Of a stretch of 64,000 nucleotides of DNA, positions 62,444 through 64,000 are shown piece after piece. Made by a program: the position numbers and the translations under genes. Where the stretch lies: positions 1 through 64,000 of IMG/VR virus record IMGVR_UViG_3300035673_000002. The stretch is one strand, 5' to 3'. The first letter of the stretch is position 1, and every line of letters starts with the position of its first letter. The DNA comes from a virus (Duplodnaviria; Caudoviricetes). The notes below the pieces were generated by a model. That model worked only from the letters and a program-made list of their open reading frames with translations, was not told the origin of the DNA and did not search any database.

Positions 62444-62883
62444 GCCAACGCGCGGGCGATCCTGGCTTCGCGGCGAATTGGTGCGTGCACTATCGCGCCA
62501 AGGATCACAAGACTTGCGCGGCGGGCGTGAACTACCAGCAACTCGGCGGCGTGGCCGGGACGTATGGGATGCTTCAGCGGTTCCCGTGCTTCCTCAAATA
62601 TTACGAGCCGGCGCGGTCGGACGCCGTCTCCTGCAAGCACCTGCGCGTGCCGACGCGTGAGGAGGTGGCCGCACACGACGAGTGGGCGGCCGCTCGAGCG
62701 CGCGAGCTTCTCTCTGCGATGGTGGCGATCGCTCCGCTGCGGGATCAATACAAGGATGTGGGCTTCGCCGGCGTCATCGAGTGCCCGGCCTGTCAGGGCC
62801 GTCTGCATCTGACGATCGCGGCTACAAACGGTCACACGCACGGCAAGTGCGAAACCGAAGGGTGCTTGTCATGGATGGAGTGA
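62440..62883 (+). CDS. Cys-rich hypothetical protein
   Basis: WCVHY, C.AGV, IECPAC.G.L......NGH..G.C.T.GC.SWME. Confidence 0.7.
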   Translation: MSQRAGDPGFAANWCVHYRAKDHKTCAAGVNYQQLGGVAGTYGMLQRFPCFLKYYEPARSDAVSCKHLRVPTREEVAAHDEWAAARARELLSAMVAIAPLRDQYKDVGFAGVIECPACQGRLHLTIAATNGHTHGKCETEGCLSWME

Positions 62884-63053
62884 AAGTGTTCACGGCCGAG
62901 CAGAAGCGCGCGGCCGCTCTGCGCGAGGTGGCGCTCCGCAAGAACGTATTTCGCCGCAAGGTCCAGGCGGGAACGATGACGGCCGAAAAGGCCGAGCATG
63001 AAATCGCGGTGATGCAGGCGATCGCCGATGATTACACCGTGGGGTCGGTCTGA
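62880..63053 (+). CDS. Small helical hypothetical protein
   Basis: REVALRKNVF.R.V..G.M..EKA..EIA.M.AI. Confidence 0.65.
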   Translation: MKVFTAEQKRAAALREVALRKNVFRRKVQAGTMTAEKAEHEIAVMQAIADDYTVGSV

Positions 63054-63295
63054 TGCTGATCGGTCGAGGACGCGTGTGCCGCGGCTGCGGCTGCACCGAG
63101 ACGCATGCCTGCGAAGGCGGGTGCTGCTGGGTGCTGTTCGACATTCCGCAGACGCCGATCGGTCCGACCGGCGTGTGCAGCGCGTGCGCCGAAGAGGTTG
63201 GCTGGAGCCCGGGGCACATGGCAATGATGGGGCTCGATGAACTTTGCAACGACGAGGCTCGCGCCATCCTGGCGCCGGTAAACCGAGGAGACTGA
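63053..63295 (+). CDS. Zinc-finger protein
   Basis: CRGCGCTETHACEGGCCWV...CSAC. Confidence 0.7.
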   Translation: MLIGRGRVCRGCGCTETHACEGGCCWVLFDIPQTPIGPTGVCSACAEEVGWSPGHMAMMGLDELCNDEARAILAPVNRGD

Positions 63296-63297
63296 CG

Positions 63298-64000
63298 ATG
63301 GCGACTGCTGAACTCAAAAAGGCGACGGTGACGATGCTGCCGCTGCTCGAATTGAAGTCGGGCGGCAAGGGCTTGAACTCGCGCAAGCGCAAGAGCGACG
63401 TTGCCAGCCTGGCGCGTTCGATCGGCGCTCACGGATTGCTGGTCCCACTCCTGGTGCGGCGGAGCCTGGACGCCGGCTATTCCGTCATCGATGGGAATCG
63501 ACGCTACGAGGCGCTGCGCTTCCTGCACAAGACCGATCACGCGAAGGTCGAGGTGCCGTGCCTAGTCGACGCCGGCGACGGAAGCGCGCTCGAGCTTTCC
63601 ATGGTCACCAACGTCGAGCGCGAAGGCCTGCATCCCGTTGATCGGTTCGAGGTCTATGTCGCGCTTGTGAACGGCGGCGAGACAGTCGACGCGATCGCGG
63701 CGCGCTACGGCCTTAAGATCACCCAGGTCCGGCAGGCGCTTGCGCTGGGCCGGCTGGCTCCGGAGGTTCGCGACGCCTGGCGCGAGGGTAAGATCAGCGC
63801 CGAGGCGGCCGAGGCCTTCGCGCTCACGTCCGATCTCAAAGCGCAGGCGGCCGCGCTGAAAAAGTGCGGCCGACATGTCGATGCCTGGCAGATCAAGCGC
63901 ACGCTGAGCGTCGATCGGGATGATCTTCCGGACGTCGGCGCGCTGTTGAAATACGTGGGGCGGGATGCCTACCAGAAGGCCGGGCATCATCTGAACGAGA
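63298..64000 (+). CDS. parB: ParB/RepB/Spo0J-family protein, 3' end outside the window
   Basis: Read manually; GAGGAG RBS; LA.SI..HGLL.PL.V, VIDGNRRYEAL, N.ERE.LHPVD, HTH TVDAIAARYGL...V.Q.L.LG.L. Confidence 0.88.
   Translation, partial: MATAELKKATVTMLPLLELKSGGKGLNSRKRKSDVASLARSIGAHGLLVPLLVRRSLDAGYSVIDGNRRYEALRFLHKTDHAKVEVPCLVDAGDGSALELSMVTNVEREGLHPVDRFEVYVALVNGGETVDAIAARYGLKITQVRQALALGRLAPEVRDAWREGKISAEAAEAFALTSDLKAQAAALKKCGRHVDAWQIKRTLSVDRDDLPDVGALLKYVGRDAYQKAGHHLNE

Noticed and set aside
1-64000. CRISPR array, diversity-generating retroelement, invertible fibre cassette, IS element, integrase, endolysin/holin, stop-codon reassignment
   Set aside because: No regularly spaced repeats, reverse transcriptase, TR/VR pair, invertase, transposase or recombinase motifs found by eye. 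All three stop codons terminate genes normally. Lysis genes probably lie beyond the left edge.

Overview
This window is most of the genome of a GC-rich tailed phage or prophage with a contractile tail (myovirus). GcrA- and GapR-like genes and a chromosomal-type parS point to an Alphaproteobacteria host, probably Hyphomicrobiales. Layout: (i) 1-35.6 kb, minus strand: virion morphogenesis operon with TerS, TerL, DUF1073-type portal, MuF, NUDIX-DUF2213 protease/scaffold, decoration protein, DUF2184-type capsid, neck, sheath, tube, frameshifted chaperone, tape measure, baseplate and fibres. (ii) 35.9-40.1 kb, plus strand: small early genes ending at a clear terminator. (iii) 40.1-54.7 kb, minus strand: two DNA methyltransferases, small early genes, primase-helicase, a GP88-like Fe-S protein, RuvC-, GapR- and GcrA-like genes. 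(iv) 54.9-64 kb, plus strand: recombination module (SMC/AAA ATPase, RecE-like nuclease, putative annealing protein, DEDDh exonuclease) and a ParB cut off by the window edge. No integrase, lysis cassette, tRNA, CRISPR array or reverse transcriptase was seen. Most unusual observations: (1) five fibre/chaperone-like proteins inside the structural operon begin with Sec-type signal peptides; (2) a candidate ~150-nt sRNA with its own promoter is antisense to a two-box leader shared by early genes; (3) one ~65-aa beta module is inserted 8 times into 5 different virion proteins; (4) head proteins carry non-structural cargo (NUDIX, HTH domains) bounded by a recurring A-x-D motif; (5) a parS site sits in the divergent early/late control region. 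All family assignments come from motif recognition by eye, not database searches.
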